Below, piece by piece: positions 62,021 through 64,000 of a stretch of 64,000 bases of DNA. The notes under the pieces were generated by a model that was given only the letters and a program-made list of their open reading frames with translations, did not search any database and was not told where the DNA came from. This stretch comes from Somniosus microcephalus. Its lineage: Eukaryota. The translations under genes and the position numbers were made by a program. How positions within the stretch are numbered: the first letter of the stretch is position 1; each line of letters opens with the position of its first letter. The DNA is taken from positions 43,152,001 through 43,216,000 of the forward strand of contig CM126209.1 of assembly GCA_052327205.1 (NCBI GenBank). Reading direction: 5' to 3'.

Positions 62021-63092
62021 TTCACATTTTTATACTCTGGGACTGTCGACAGCACAGAGACACAGCACACTGAAGAATTGTTGCGGTTGCAGGTCTGTAG
62101 CCATAATTGCTGTCCTGAGTTACCAATATCAACTGTGCTGTTGCTGGGAAGCTCAGAGTCAAGTTCAGGTACTTCTCAAGAGGAAGGCGGGGCGAATTCG
62201 AGCAGCAGGCCACTCATACACCTTCAAGTGGCTAGCTCCACAGCAACATTGGTGGAGGGCAGGGGTAGGTCACCTCCCTAACCTCTCAGCTGGAAAAGGT
62301 GATTGGAATGGAGAAACCTCAAGTTAAATTTGGGGGGGGGGGGGGGGGCGGAGGAAAGGGGGAAAGAAATGTAAAAATATCTCATTTGGGGCTTTCACTT
62401 TACCCAATCTTATAGCAGCAAAACAAAGTCAGGTATATCCAGAATTATAGCTGCAGGTCTCACATTGCAACCCGAGATCAACCTCAATGGTAGGTCTCAT
62501 ACCAACAAGTTAGACTATGGCTCAGCATCGCGTACCTCCGTTTTTGAAGTCTGCATACACAAATATATATTGCACGTCTTTTTTCACCCAAAATGTGAGT
62601 TTTCAGTAGAGCTGCCCACTTGTATAAACAACGAACTTCCACATTTATCTACCTAGTTTATGGTATCAGACCCCAATGTAAACTAAGCTCGCACCCATGC
62701 TGTATTACATATTCAGGCCTGGAGATGCACTAACATCTGGCCACCTCAGGTCCCAGATGTGCAGTAGATACTAATACGCGCACTCTCCGTCAGTGGACAC
62801 AAGGTCATCATGCTTTCAATACTCCTCCCCTTGCGCTGATTACTAAAAGCTGATGTGCGGCTCATATAGCATCATTCAATGATAAGAAACAAGCTCCACT
62901 GTATCTTCTCTTGTTGTTGCCTTTTCCAAATAACCAGTATGCACTCACTCTCAGTCTGTACGTGTATACAAACTCATTTTTGTTTGCTGTCTATGTTTTC
63001 TAAAAGTTTATTCGGACGTTCCAACCCATGGAAAATGTTCGGAGGTTGAAGATTCAGCCAACTGGCAAGGATGTGAGGTGTAGCAGGTTACC

Positions 63093-63325
63093 ATAGAGGT
63101 TTACAGCACAGAAGGAGGTCACTGGGTCCATCACGTCTGTGCCAGCTCTTTGCCAGAGAAAGCTGAAATTAATCCCACTGCTCGCACTTTCCCATAGCCT
63201 TAAATCTTCCTCTGCTTCAAAAGTTTATCCTATTTTCCCTTAAAAGGTGCAATGGACTCTGTGTCGACCACTCCCTATGGCAAATCATTCCAAGCTCTAA
63301 CAGTTCTCTGTCTAAAGAAATTTGA
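63093..63325 (-). mobile_element. Old CR1 3' fragment
   Basis: TACAGCACAGAAGGAGGTCA..CTTCAAAAGTTTATCC..CATTCCAAGCTCTAAC, homologous to 5630-5840. Confidence 0.75.
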
Positions 63326-64000
63326 GTGCCGGGGGGATGGGGAGTCAGGGGTGTTTTCAGCTCCCAGGAGCTTTGTTATTTTGCTTAATACGAAATATAC
63401 CACTAAACTTAAATTAGGTTATGGTTCAGAAGTGAGGGCGAGTTGGAAGGTCTCATTATATATACACCATTTGAGTATTTAATTCTGGCTCGAGCCTGTT
63501 ACAATATCTCCCCAACAGTAAATCTTCCAGCAGAATGAACTAGATAAAGCCCATAATTACCTCATTAAATATTTATTTTAATGGAATTATATTTAAAAAA
63601 ACACCTGAATTTAAAGGTCGAAGAACTATTTATACCTGCAGAAGAATCATAAAAATGCTCAGTGCATTGCTCTATTTTCAAGACTAAAAGCAAACATATT
63701 CTTAAATGCAGTTACTCTGTTCGCAGCTCTTCTGAAAATTAAATTAATGGAGTGTGAATGGCTTTTTTTTGTCCAGTAGGTCAGTAAATACATGAACTTA
63801 AAAAAAAAAATTTTTAGGTTCCACATTTGTCTCCTGTTGTGTCTGTGCAACAACACGTGATCAGTTCGATGAGTGCAAGGGGCTTTTTGTTTGTTCCGCC
63901 AGTGTCGAATGTACAGCCGTTAAAACAGGGCTGAATTTGGTACGGGCAGTTATGTGGGTTTCTCGGTATAAATGAGGTATCAGAGGCCTCCATTTGAATA

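Overview
Eukaryotic, repeat-rich vertebrate DNA, not prokaryotic. The repeat complement (CR1 with (TTCTATG)n-type tails, L2, RTE, Penelope, DeuSINE/SacSINE1-like SINEs, Harbinger-type elements) points to a cartilaginous fish (inference). Only one host coding exon is recognisable: a minus-strand exon at 19763-19931 encoding MSLMDKHKVKRQRLDRICE(G), the first coding exon of a C-terminal-binding protein gene (CTBP1 favoured, CTBP2 not excluded). Most or all of the window is therefore probably CtBP intron. Nearly all ORFs in the track are transposon fragments or noise. Most notable: (i) a 787-bp non-autonomous Helitron (43375-44161) carrying a promoter-like, CpG-rich cassette with a splice donor, inserted into what looks like a host-sense promoter/first exon; (ii) two intact minimal hammerhead ribozyme motifs in Penelope pLTRs (656-694 +, 11494-11530 -); (iii) four TA-flanked Tc1/mariner-type MITEs with shared ends and different interiors; (iv) a two-gene Harbinger remnant; (v) two phase-compatible candidate alternative CtBP exons. 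Repeat family names are from recognition, not database searches, and many boundaries are approximate.
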